A stretch of DNA of 63,694 nt, counting the filler, from Reclinomonas americana ATCC 50394 (Eukaryota), in NCBI GenBank assembly GCA_048213135.1. It is 10 parts of 5 records of this genome, joined end to end, with 100 filler letters (N's around TTAATTAATTAA, not from the genome) between each part and the next. Parts side by side here need not be neighbours in the genome. Positions count along the whole stretch, not along the records: positions 1 to 10,512 come from PS015101.1; positions 10,613 to 14,302 come from PS015101.1; 8 more parts are not named here. The stretch is one strand, 5' to 3'. Shown here in pieces: positions 1 through 11,809 of this stretch. The notes beneath the pieces were generated by a model, which saw only the letters and a program-made list of their open reading frames with translations, made no database searches and was not told the origin of the DNA. The first letter of the stretch is position 1, and every line of letters starts with the position of its first letter. Position numbers and translations under genes: made by a program.

Positions 1-573
1 ACGACGATGAGGAGGAGGAGGAGGGAACAGACGCAGGGGGGAGCTCACCTTGAGCCACTTGCGCTCGGGAACAACGCCGTGGTGGACCTGTGTGTGAGAG
101 AGAGAGAGTTAGTGAGTGAGTGCATGCGAGAGTGAGTGAGTGAGTGCGGATGTGTGCGTGTGTGGGTCTCAGTGTGCGCGTGTGTGTATGTGCATGTGTG
201 CGAGGGAGTGTGTGTATGTGGTTTGCTCTCTTTCTCTCTCATTCTTCTCACCTTGTCTCGCTTCCTCTCTCTGCCCCTCCTCTCTCTCTCTCACACACAC
301 ACGATCTCTCTCTCTCTGTCTCTCACTCATTCGCAACTTTTCCCGCTCTCCGCGCCTCGGCATCCTCAGCCTCACGATCGCGGTCAGTGTCTACATACAC
401 ACACAAGCAAAGACGAGAGTGAGTGAGTTCAACTTTGACTCTCCCTCTCCCCCTCACTCTCTCTATCTCTCACCGACTGACTTGTTCGCCCACTCTTCAC
501 GATCCCATGTGCGGCGACCAAAGTTGGCGGCCGCAGAGGACTTGCGGTCAGTGGAGCGCTTGTCGTCGGCCAT
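1..573 (-). CDS. ZMAT2: Zinc finger matrin-type 2 / Snu23 spliceosomal protein, 5' part (continues off the window start)
   Basis: ATG at 573; spliced MADDKRSTDRKSSAAANFGRRTWDREEWANKSV|DTDRDREAEDAEARRAGK|VHHGVVPERKWLK matches the Snu23/ZMAT2 N-terminal RRxWDxEE motif; GT-AG introns keep frame. Confidence 0.8.
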
Positions 574-1396
574 GTGAGAGAGTGAGAGAGGTGACGTCAG
601 AGGAGCAGGACGTGCTGATCGTGAAGTTCTGTCTCTTGTGCATGCACGTGGCTCCACCAACAACATGCATGCTGTCGGCGTGCTACAGTGGAGCGCCAAG
701 GCACTTTATCTGCGATCTCACCTCGAGCTCGAGCTCATGGGATATCGATTCAATCTGCAGCTGTCGCTTGCAGATCGACTCCGAGGACAGTTGGCAGGAG
801 CCAAAGTCTACTAGTTTCTGCGGTCTCCCTTACTCTGTGAGAGGCGACCACCAAGCTGCTTTTCCGATCGCGATGTCGATCGATATCGATCGCGACGTCG
901 CTGCGAAGTTGCCAACGCAAGGCACGATCGTCAACAGCGAGGGGCAGTCTGCACGGAGGGAGGGACCCCCCTCGCACGTGCTCCACTCGTCACACGAAAG
1001 ACGGCCTCCCAGATCGACTTTGTCGCGAAGTGCGAGAAATGCAACACTCACAAAATGTCTGCACTTGCCCTGGTCTTCAGAGAACACTTGCGCCATTTTT
1101 TCTGAATTTGCACAGTAGCCCAGCGATTGGCCTTTCACGTGACCCTCGGCGCGACCTCCGTGTTTCACTCAAAGGTGTCGGCACGACGACAACAAACACA
1201 TTCCATTTTGCGTTGTCGAAAAACCGCTTGTTCGACTTTAGACTCGTTGTTCTCCCCAGTCGATGGTCGCCTCGCGAATCCGCGAATAGCACTCGGTAGC
1301 TCTTTCTGTCGGCTACAAAACGAGCCCACGCATGTGTCTTCACTGAGTCTGCAAAGTTGAACTGCCAATCAATCGACTGTTCCTTCTTGCCATATC

Positions 1397-1598
1397 ATGT
1401 GCTGCTTGAGATGGACTGCAGCCTTTGCTCTGCTGCTTGTGCTCACTGTCAGCACTCACGCAGTCACTACTAGCAGCAGCAACAATGCACACTGGATCGG
1501 CGATCTGCTCCCGCGCATTGGAAACTCGACACTGCTGGAGCTGACACTCCCAGGCAGTTCCGTGTGTGCCACGCGCGCAGTGCTTGTGTGTGACTGAC

Positions 1599-1637
<39 letters not shown>

Positions 1638-1947
1638 NNNNNNNNNNNNNNNNNNNNNNNNNNNNNNNNNNNNNNNNNNNNNNNNNNNNNNNNNNNNNNN
1701 NNNNNNNNNNNNNNNNNNNNNNNNNNNNNNNNNNNNNNNNNNNNNNNNNNNNNNNNNNNNNNNNNNNNNNNNNNNNNNNNNNNNNNNNNNNNNNNNNNNN
1801 NNNNNNNNNNNNNNNNNNNNNNNNNNNNNNNNNNNNNNNNNNNNNNNNNNNNNNNNNNNNNNNNNNNNNNNNNNNNNNNNNNNNNNNNNNNNNNNNNNNN
1901 NNNNNNNNNNNNNNNNNNNNNNNNNNNNNNNNNNNNNNNNNNNNNNN

Positions 1948-1978
<31 letters not shown>

Positions 1979-3272
1979 ACTGCAGCACATGACAGCGGAG
2001 CCTATCACTTGGACGCGGAGCTGGCGCCTGGCAATGATCCGAAGTTGGACGAGCTCATTCAGATTGCGCATGATGTTCCGTCCCTCTCCACTCGCCTCTG
2101 TGATGTTCCTCGCACTGAGTGGCGTGTGTAGTTTGGCGTGCCGACGTTTGCGTTGGTGCGACAGTGGGCGCTGGCGCAGAATGGTGTGTCTCCCGCCTCT
2201 TCTCTGTTTACCGGGCATTGGGTCATGACTGCTGCCTCGCGATCGGTCCACCAGAGACCTTTTATGAGCAGATGATGGGTGGGATTCGGTACTTTGATGT
2301 GCGCGCGTGCTGGGATGCCAAGAGCGCGCAGTGGCGCACGTTGCACATGAGTTACGCCCGGCGATCCTCTTGCTCAGCTCTTTAAATCTGCTCTCATGAC
2401 CGCGCGACAGTCATGGGCAACCCGATCCAGACGCTGTTGAGCGACATTCGGCGCTTCATTGATGAGCAGCCCACTGAGGTGGTAGTCGTGGAGGTTTCGC
2501 ACTTGGCCGGCTCCGATGCCACCTCACGGGCGCAGCTTGTCAGCATGATCGAGACCACGTTTTCCGGGCGGCTTTTGCCGCGCGCTGCTGGCTTCATCTC
2601 TATTGCGCAAATGGTTGCCACTCAGCAGCGCGTGATGGTGCTGTTTGAGGACGATTCGTTGGTCGCCACCCATCCGCTGCTGTGGTCGCAGGGCGGCACC
2701 ACCGAGGGCTCCTACACCAATCAGGATAACGTGGAGGCGATGATGTCCATGAATGAGCAGCGGCTGTGGCAGTACGGTGGCAACGGAAAGCTGTTTGAGT
2801 TGTCGTGGACGCTGACCACGCAGACCACGGGTTTGTTTCTCGAGATGCGAAGTGCTTTTGTCGCTCCTCTCACCTCCTCTGGCAGACGTTGTGCAAACCA
2901 TCGTGGATCCGTTTCACCACCCACGCACACTGGCTGAGCTGGCCATCATCGCCGACAATGCTCTGCCCGACTTTGCTGTCACTCGCGAGAACCTGATGTT
3001 TGGCAACATCGTTACGTGTGCGATGTTTGTTGCGTGCAGCGGAATAGTGGACGCTGACATGGTTGCTTTGTCTGCAGCTGCTCGTGGATCAGTATGCACA
3101 CTCAGTGGCTGTGGCCCTGGCCAAGGAGTTCAACGTGCGACGGTGTCTGGATACGCCACAGTACCGGGCGCGATCGGCCAGCGGCAACGATTGCCGCAGC
3201 TGGGTTCTGTCGGGGACGCGATCGTGCAGCGACATTGGGCAGTGGTGTCCGCTGACGTGTGGGTTGTGTTAA
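1397..3272 (+). CDS. Secreted PI-PLC X-domain (PLCXD-like) phosphodiesterase with C-terminal ShK-like Cys domain, 7 exons
   Basis: Signal peptide; LTLPGTHDSGAY, EQMMGGIRYFDVR, EVVVVEVSH motifs typical of PI-PLC X; tail CLDTPQY...CRSW...C...WCPLTCGLC*. Confidence 0.88.
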
Positions 3273-3319
3273 CAATTGAAGTTGATGTGTTGCATACATT
3301 CTGCGGGGGGAAAGGGTGG

Positions 3320-3353
<34 letters not shown>

Positions 3354-3615
3354 CCGCATGCATGTGCAGGCGTGTTTACAGGATAATTGTCAGTCGCTGT
3401 TCTGCGTCGTTTTGTTTGTGATCTTGTTAGACCGCCTCCTTCCCGCCGGTGGGCGTACACGGGTGCCACGGCGGCAGGCTCCATGTCAGAACCCCCTCGC
3501 TCACATATTTCCCCTTTCGGCGTTGACCGAGGGTTGCATGAGCTTCTTCATTGCTGGCTTGACAACTGCACACCCTGTCAACAAAAAATATCGCAAAACA
3601 CTGGACCCTGTCCAC

Positions 3616-6600
3616 TTACGCGGAGCCGCCGCCAGTCGCACGAGCCCACGGCGGAATGGTAACGGTGACCGCAGCCACGTTGTTCTCGTATGTCACCTCG
3701 AAGGAATCACTGTTGGCAAGTCAGTATCAACGCAGCTGTCATTCTGTTGCTGCTTTACATGTGCGCTGTCTCACCGATGCGGGTTGAGGGTGACCTTCAG
3801 CACATAGTCGCCCGGTGGCACGTCGGTAATGTCGATCCACTGACAGTCGAGGGCGTTGCCTGCGAGAAACAGTCAGCAAGTGCGCACGTATTCTCCTTTA
3901 CAAAAATCACTGATGCACGCACCATAAATGTCACTCCATCCCGGCGAGATTCCCTGCGTATCGCAGTCGTACGTCTCGGCACTGTGCAGCGACGGTGAGT
4001 ACGGAGGACAAGAGCACAAAAAGGGTGCGAGAAACAAACCAGCGGAAGGCCGGGCTGCTCAGCACACGACGGGCATCCTCCTCGCTGCGACGCAGGTCAG
4101 AGATGCCGGTGGTTCACATCATGTACCATCAACAACGCTCACCAATAAGCCTGCTTGTGGCCAGTGGCGGCAAGAGTGCCGTTCTTATTAAACAGCTCGT
4201 ACTGCACAAAGCACAGGAGAAGTGAGAAGAACAAAGCCGACGTTGGCGTTTCAGGAACTGTGGCGCAACGTTGGCGAAACCCATGAAATGGTAATGGCCG
4301 TGGCACTGTCGCGTGAGAGCGAGTGAGTGAGCAACAATCACCTCCCAACTATCTGCCACACTAAGGCACGCACCGGGCTCCACACAAACAGGTCGGGATT
4401 CTCCTTGGGCACACCGCCCACCACTGGAGCCTGGCCCTGATTGACACTCTCCACGCTGAAGCGCAGCAGGCGGCGCCAGCCAAACCCGCTGATGCACTTC
4501 TCCACGGCGGCACACGAAAAGGCCGAGACGAAGAGATCCTCGATGAGGATGTCGTCTTGCAGCATCTGCTCGTTCACGTACTGATCCGGCACCGGGTCGT
4601 CAATGTTGTGGCTGTTGGGGGTCATCGGTGGTGAGCATAATAGAAGCGCGTGTGTCGATGACGCTGCGGAAAAGATTCATACCATTCACAATCCGAGCCA
4701 CAGTAGCCGCGCGGACCGCAATTCGTGCTGCACACCGGCTGCAGGTGGTTGCAGGCGGCACGCGGGAAGAAGGCGCACGACGACGAGGTGCCGTCGGGGT
4801 CGAGGCAGAAGTAGTAGGCGCTCGCGTTGCTGTGGAGGCCGGAGAGTGAGAAGGGAGAGAGAGAAGAGAGTTTCCTTGAGGAGAAGAAACGTACCATTGA
4901 CCGCATGAGCCATCGCAGTTGTCGACTCCGCACAGGCGGTCGTTGGAGGCGCAATAGCTGTGCGGGAAAGAGAAGGTGAGCAAGAAGTACGAAGGGTGAT
5001 GTGCAGCGCACAGTGAACGAAAGCAGCTTCAACGGTAACGACGGCTTCTCTCTTGTGGCGTCATATACGTGTGCACTCACTCGGATCTCTCTTTCTCTCT
5101 CCCTTCCCCTCCACCCTTCTCCTTCTCCCTCCCCTTTTTCTCCTCAACTCCCCCCTCGCAACGCAACTCCCCACCACACTGCTCGTTCATATCGCGGCAC
5201 TTTCCAGTGTCGGTGCACATGAAGCCGCTGTCGCATCCACCGCAGCCGTCGGCGAAACCACAGCCTGCGCGCGAGTGAGTGATGCGACGAAACCATGCTG
5301 AACACACACATGACCGCAACCTACCATCGTCACCGCAGTAGCGACCGTCACATGAGGGCGAGCAGTCGGGAACGAAACGCACCGTCAACTATTCGGGGAA
5401 TGACAAGTGAGAATACTTCATGGCAATACTAATGGGAGAGTAAGAATGAGGGGCGCACCAGGTACTGGCCAAACGATTGATCGTCGTAACCGTCGACCTG
5501 TGTGACCGCCGCTCTCAAGTGAGAAAGGGAGAGAGGCGATGGAAAAGACGGCTTGCTTCGAACGCAACGACAATGACATACGCCTGGCCGTTGGGTCCGC
5601 CGGAAATCTGGCCCGAGACACGACTGTTGAGGCCACCCGGAGGCGAGGCCTGTGCACACTGTGAGTAGCCACGACGAAAGCAATGACGGACGCACAACAC
5701 GAAACATCGTCAGAGCACTTGACAGGGGCTCCGTCGCAGCCGTCACGCAGGAGAGCGACGACAGTGTCGTGCGGAGGATCGAAGGGATCGGCATCGCTGG
5801 TGCAAGGAGTGTGAGGGAAAGGTGACAAGCGATTTGCACAGGCGTCATACACATACGCACGTGCGAATGTCGTAGCCGATCGAGAGGCCAGCCGGAACGA
5901 AGAAGCGGTACACGTTCTCCGGGGCACGAGAGGCAGTATTGCAAATCGGGTGGAACTGAGCGCGTGTGTTGGGAAGATAAGCAAAGTGATATCACCAGCA
6001 CATCAAGTGATGACGAAGCGCACCAAGTCCACAGCAGTGGGTGGCGAGGTGTCGCCCGTGATGGAGATGCGAGCCTCGCTCTTGAAGTCGTAGGCGGCAA
6101 ACGCGGGACCTGCCAAAAAAAAAACCGGTTGGTCACTGAAGACCCACAAGACAGCAGCACAACACCAACCAGCGGCGGTGAGCAGGTCGCCGACATTGTT
6201 GCACGACAGCGGCAGCGTGACCTCAATGCACATGCCACTGACGCAGCCGAGGCCGCCAGTGCACGTGCCGCACGATCCGCCACAGCCGTCGTCACCGCAC
6301 TGACCGATGGCGCACTGCGGGGCGCAGTCCGTCATGCACTCCGCGCAGTCGGGACCGGTGGGGGTGAATGTGCAGCGGCCGCCTGCGCGAAAGGAGACAA
6401 AGGGGGAAGGAGGCAGAGAAAGGGATCAGGGGCGAACAAGGGATGAACAGTGGAGAGGGACGAGAAGGAGGAACAAAAGGAAGGCGAAAATGGAGGAGGA
6501 AACACAGGAGAGCAGAGAAGGAAAAGGCGAATAAACAGGAGAAGGAGAGGAGAAGGAGAGGAGAAGGAGGGAACAAGGGAGGGAGACAGAGGAGAAGGAG

Positions 6601-8257
6601 AGGAGAAGGAGGGAACAAGGGAGAGGCCACTGCGGGGCGAAAAACGGTGGAGGAAATACAGGAGAACAGAGAAGGAATGGGCGAAGGAATCGGGAAGGAA
6701 CACAGGGACGGACAGGTGGAAGGAACAAACGGACAGTGAAGGGAGACAGAATGGAGGAGGAAACGCTGGAAGGTGATTGAAGAGAGGGGCCAACAAGAGG
6801 AGGAACGGGGGAAGGAAAAGACAGGCAAGGAACAGGCGAGGAAAACGGAGGGCAGAAGAAGGGAACAAGGGAGGGGCCACTGAGAGGCGAAAATGGAAGA
6901 GGAAACACAGGAGATCAGGGAACGAATGGGCAGAGGAAACGGGAAGGAACACAAGGACGTATAAGGAGGAGCGAGCAAAATGGAGGAAAGCAGAGGAAAG
7001 GAAGAGGAAGGAGCACGACAACTGTACATCTCACTTCCCGTTGCGTCTCCCCCACACACGCACCCATGTGCTCGCTGCAAGTGTCCACCGTGCAGGCGAC
7101 CTTGTCGTCGCACGGATTCTTTCCGTTGATACAGGTGCTGCCGTTCCACTGCTCAACTGGGGGGGAGGACGCGGAGTTGAGAAACGACTTAGAAAAAGCG
7201 CCCTTCTCTCTCCCGCGCACGCAACTGCCATTGCAGTATAAGCCGTCACTGCAGGTGACCTCCATCGTGGCCTTGACGCTGCCGGCATATGTGGCACTTC
7301 CGCAGCGCGTCATTACCTTCCACTACACGACGAAAATGAGAACAAAGACACCCTAAACTCTCTCTTTCGCTGTCCGACAAACCTCCACAGTGAAGACGCC
7401 GGTGCGCGAGGGCGCCAGAAGCTGGCCACTGAAAGTAATCGGCTGGCCATTGGCGAGCGTCTGGCGAGTGGTGAGATCGGCGTTGAAGAAGGCCGACTGG
7501 GAGACGGGGCTCAGGAACAGCTCGCGCGAGGCGTCAATGCCGGTGAACACGAGGGTCACTGAGACGAGGAACCGGGAGGCGGGCTTGGCGGTGGCCGGCG
7601 CCGTCAGCGTGCTCAAGCTCCACGAGCCGAGCGGCGGGTTGGGCAGGCCGGCCAGCGGACTAATGGCACACGCCGACCAGATGCCATTGACGAAACCGTC
7701 CTTCCACGCGCCGCAGAGGGCGCCATTCTGTGACAGTGGCTGGCATTGGCACACGCCGGTGGAGCCCGGCGCACCACTGCCGCCAGTGCACTGGCCGTAG
7801 GCGCCGCACTTGGTCGAGTTGCCGTTCGAGTCGCGAGTGCACGGCACCGGGCTCGGGGTGGGTGGTGGTGGCGGGGGAGGCGGGGGAGGCGGGGGAGGGG
7901 GAGGAGTGGCGGGTTGGTTGCAGTTGGTGCCTGCAAGAAAAAAAAGAGGAGGAGTGAGGGAGAAGTGAAGGAGGTGGGGGAGTGGGAGAGGGAAGGGAAC
8001 GCAACCGGTCCAGCCGCTGTTGCAGACACACTTGCCGAGGTCGTTGCAGGCTGTGGGAAGGTGGGAGGGTGAGGGAGGGGAGGGAGAATGGAGGGAGGGG
8101 GAAGGGGGAGGAAGGGGGGAGGAAGGGGGAGGAAGGGAAGAGAAGGGGGAGAAGGGGAGAAGGGAAACAGTGCCGAGTTAGAAACAGAATGGTGAAAGAC
8201 AGCGTGGAATGGATAGAGGAGGAGATAGCGAAGAGAGGAAGGAGAATGAGAAACGTG

Positions 8258-8314
<57 letters not shown>

Positions 8315-9808
8315 TGAATAACAGCACTCAACTGCCCTTCGCCGAGCACGTCTGACCCGGGTGGCACTGCATGTTGACAAAGTGAGCAGCATGTCGCGGG
8401 CAGCGCTCACCCGCCAAAGCAGCTCACCTGGCACAGCGGACCCTGCCAGTAGTCGACGACACCGTTGAAGGCATTAAAGTTGCACTTGCACTTGTTGGTG
8501 GCGTCGCAGTCGCCGTACGGTTGGTTGCATTGGCCCGAGAAACGGACGCACGAGCCGCCACCGACCACTGCACGCAGAGAGAGTGATTTGAGAAGATATC
8601 GGAATGCGATACAGGACTGAGACGGACGTGGCAAGTAGCACGTTTGAAAGGAGAGTGCTAGAGAGGATGGATAGACGGTGATATGTGAGAAGCACTACGC
8701 TATTCTCTCCTCTCTCTCTCTCTCTGTGGAAGTTCGATTAGCCGCGAGTTCGGATTCGTGATCATGCAGGCCGGGAAAAAGAAGCAAGAGGTGTGCTCAG
8801 GAGCACAACAGAACAGACGATGAGCTCAACAAGGAGAGCAAGGTGTGTGAGAGAGAGAAGCGTTGCCAGACACTGACGGTCTCGCATGTGCGACCTGTCT
8901 AATTCTCTCGGAAGATGCGAATCCGACATGCGCCTACACGACGTGCGGGTGTGCGTGGGAGGGAGGTGGTCGTGCAACACGAGACGACAGCCATGCAACA
9001 GAAGAGGCAAAGACGGGCACTTCGTAGAGGCTTGATTTGGCGTGTGTTCGAGTTTGAAACTCCACACGATATTCACGTCATCAATACACCACACACACAA
9101 AAGAAAAAAGAGAGCGTGAAGAGAGAGAGAGAGAGGAACGGCGGAAATGAGTGTCACCACAAAAGCGCGGCAGCAGAGAAGCGGGAAGCGTAAAGAAAGA
9201 GAACATGTCCGAATTTGCATATTCTTGAATGACAGATCGCACGTGTTGGCCGTGGGAAGCGCGTGTGTGTGCAAAAAGAGAAGGCGGGTGGGTGGCAGAC
9301 AGTGGTACAGTGTACCCGAGAGTGAGTGCCACTCGCTTGTTCGAGAAACCAAGCAAACCACTCACAATCATCAATGCATGTGAATGCGAATTCACACACC
9401 GCCTGAACGACGGTAGGAGAAGAAGGAGGGGAAGAGGAGAGAGTGACTCTGTGAGTGGACGCGAAAGCTCATGTGTTCGTGAGCGAGCGTGAGCAGGAGG
9501 AGAGAGAGAAAAGAGAGATGCAGGTCGACGTCGCCATGTCACGCTCTCACTCTTCTCACACACTCACCCACGCACGCAACAAGGGAGTGTGCACATGAGA
9601 GAGAGCGAGAGGAGACACACACACACACACACGCACGCATGAGTGCACATCCAGCAGCGTGCTTGTGTGCGAAAAGACTACATGTGTCCGGAGTCATCAT
9701 GCGTCACTCACCGCCTGCGTGGGTACTGGAGACCAGAGAGAGGAGGGCGAGAGCGAGGAGCACAAGGGTGACTGCAGTGGTGCCCGCGGGAAGGCGAGTC
9801 ACGGACAT
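3616..9808 (-). CDS. Secreted multidomain lysyl oxidase-like protein (signal peptide, EGF-like, poly-Pro, Ig/NBR1-like, [15 protein letters not shown] repeats, PPC-like, LOX), ~24 exons
   Basis: Exon 1 [35 protein letters not shown] motifs [63 protein letters not shown]; stop TAA at 3616-3618. Confidence 0.92.
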
Positions 9809-9827
9809 GGCGATTGGTACTGCGCAA

Positions 9828-9839
9828 TATTATATTTAT
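9828..9839 (-). promoter_or_regulatory. TATA-like element upstream of the LOX gene
   Basis: ATAAATATAATA on the minus strand ~20-30 nt upstream of ATG 9808, in an otherwise GC-rich context. Confidence 0.4.
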
Positions 9840-10512
9840 GAGTGGAGTGGAGCGAGAGCGTGAGGTCACGCGCTTGCGTGTGTGGACAAGTGCATGTGTT
9901 TGTGAAGGAGGAGAGTATGTGCTTGTTGCTGCAATGTGCTGGAGATGCGTGGTCTTGGCTCTCACCTTCGAGGAAAACAAGAGGGAAACGAAAATTCGGA
10001 GAAACCGGCTGCTGGTTGGTTTCCTCGCAAGTGAAAACAGGAAGACTGACCTATTGAGGGGTTCAGAATGGTCAATGCGCGAGAAGTACTTCACGCAAGG
10101 CAGGACTACATGTAGGATGGAAACGTGAACGGATTTGCTTCATCCGGCACTGCTGGCGTTGCTTTCTCGCAACCAGCATATGCATGTCTTGCACGTTCTT
10201 CCCCTCCACCGCCATCACTCTACACAATGATGACGACAACAACAACATTGTGTCTGTGGTCAACGTCGTCTTTTCAACCCTGAGTCCTCGAGCTCTGGTT
10301 TTCTCACTGTGCGGCCACCGGTCAGTGGCTGTCACAGTGGTTGAAATCACTGCTGCGACAACAATGACAACAACAACAACAACAACGACAACTGCGCCCA
10401 CCACCAGCCACCACCGATATGAGCCTCACCAACAACATGACAGGCTCTCTTCTGTTTCAACCACGCCACCAACGTACGCGTACGATCGCGACACCACCAC
10501 TGTTTGCTTTTG

Positions 10513-10612
10513 NNNNNNNNNNNNNNNNNNNNNNNNNNNNNNNNNNNNNNNNNNNNTTAATTAATTAANNNNNNNNNNNNNNNNNNNNNNNNNNNNNNNN
10601 NNNNNNNNNNNN
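10513..10612. other. Artificial 100-nt contig spacer N..TTAATTAATTAA..N (also at 14303, 22542, 29274, 40457, 47034, 57744, 60433, 62051)
   Basis: Identical all-frame-stop linker flanked by N runs, repeated nine times. Confidence 0.97.
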
Positions 10613-11165
10613 CTATGCGTCTTATGCAAGTGCGTCAAATCCACTGGTCAACCACGCTTATGCGGTGAAGATCGCAGTTCTCGACTTGTTCGGAGCTCCG
10701 AGAGCGAACAGACACACACAAGAAACCTGCTGCTGCCACAAGATGTTGATGTTTTGGATACGGTTGAACTTGGTCATCAAGACAGCTGTTGCTTGTTTGT
10801 TGGTGAATGAATTGTTGTTGAAGTTGTTGTTGTCGCACGTCGGTCGACGCGAATTCGATCAAAATCCCGCATGAATTCAAAATCAACTCATCATCGTCGA
10901 ATTCTTGCTTTCATTTTTACCGCCCCACACAACGCGCAATCGCATGCATTTCCTTGTGCACGGAAAAACTGACTTCTTCGCGGCAGGACAAATGCTTCTA
11001 AATTCGAACACTGCCAGTCTCACTGTGCTGCGCTGCACATGTTAACTTGCTTGGTTGCAACAAAGCACCCACACCTAATCCACGCACTCTCTCGCCCACT
11101 CGCGTCGACGTTCACCCACCTGGTAAATTTTCCGATCCTCAATTTCATTCATTCAATCAAAAAAC

Positions 11166-11758
11166 ATGCAGCGCGCAGGCCACAAGGCTCTTGCCGCTGC
11201 GGCGCTTCTGGCGGTGCTCTTCCTCGCCATCTGCGCCTCTGTGACTCTCGCCACCACCACCACCACCACCACGGAGCACAATAGTTGCGCGCGCGACCAA
11301 AGTGCCATTTCCACCACCAACTTGCCCACTCGCCCACTCACACACTCTCTCTCTAGTCACTGATGCAGTGGTGCGTGCCATGGCGCAAGCTGGTGCCGCG
11401 CGTCGCCCCTCTGTGCGACGCACAGTCAACACGAGCAGCAGCAGTGAGTGTCTGCTTGTGAGTGAGTGTGACATGTCTTCTTTGCTCACTCTCTCTCTGT
11501 GTGTTTGTGCGTTTGTGCTTTAGACACTGTGCATCTGCGCTCGGGTGCGCTGCGAACTGATGTGCAGCAGAATGCGTTGACACGTGGCGCTGACACTGGA
11601 GATAAGGTTGGTTGTTCTCAGAAACTCCGATGCAGTCCCCTTGCGGTCTGTCTCCTTGTCTCTTGTCTCCGGCATGCGGACAGCCAAGCGGGGCGTCCCT
11701 CGTGCTCGCTCTCGTATGCAGAGCTCATTGTCTCATCTGCATGCATGTCTGTTGTCTC

Positions 11759-11809
<51 letters not shown>

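Noticed and set aside
960-1000. In-frame TGA as selenocysteine
   Set aside because: No redox motif context or recognisable SECIS, and the frame itself is unsupported.
1554-1560. GC-AG intron in the PLC gene (also considered near 39100)
   Set aside because: A GT donor at 1557 restores the conserved PGTHDS motif; a GT donor at 39080 fits the second case.
10557-10568. Recurrent TTAATTAATTAA palindrome as a biological motif or TTAA transposon site
   Set aside because: Always centred in a fixed 100-nt N spacer; an assembly linker with stops in all frames.
10184-10886. Thr-rich and Gln-rich short ORFs around the first spacer
   Set aside because: Driven by (ACA)n/(TTG)n repeats; no convincing splice chain or motif.
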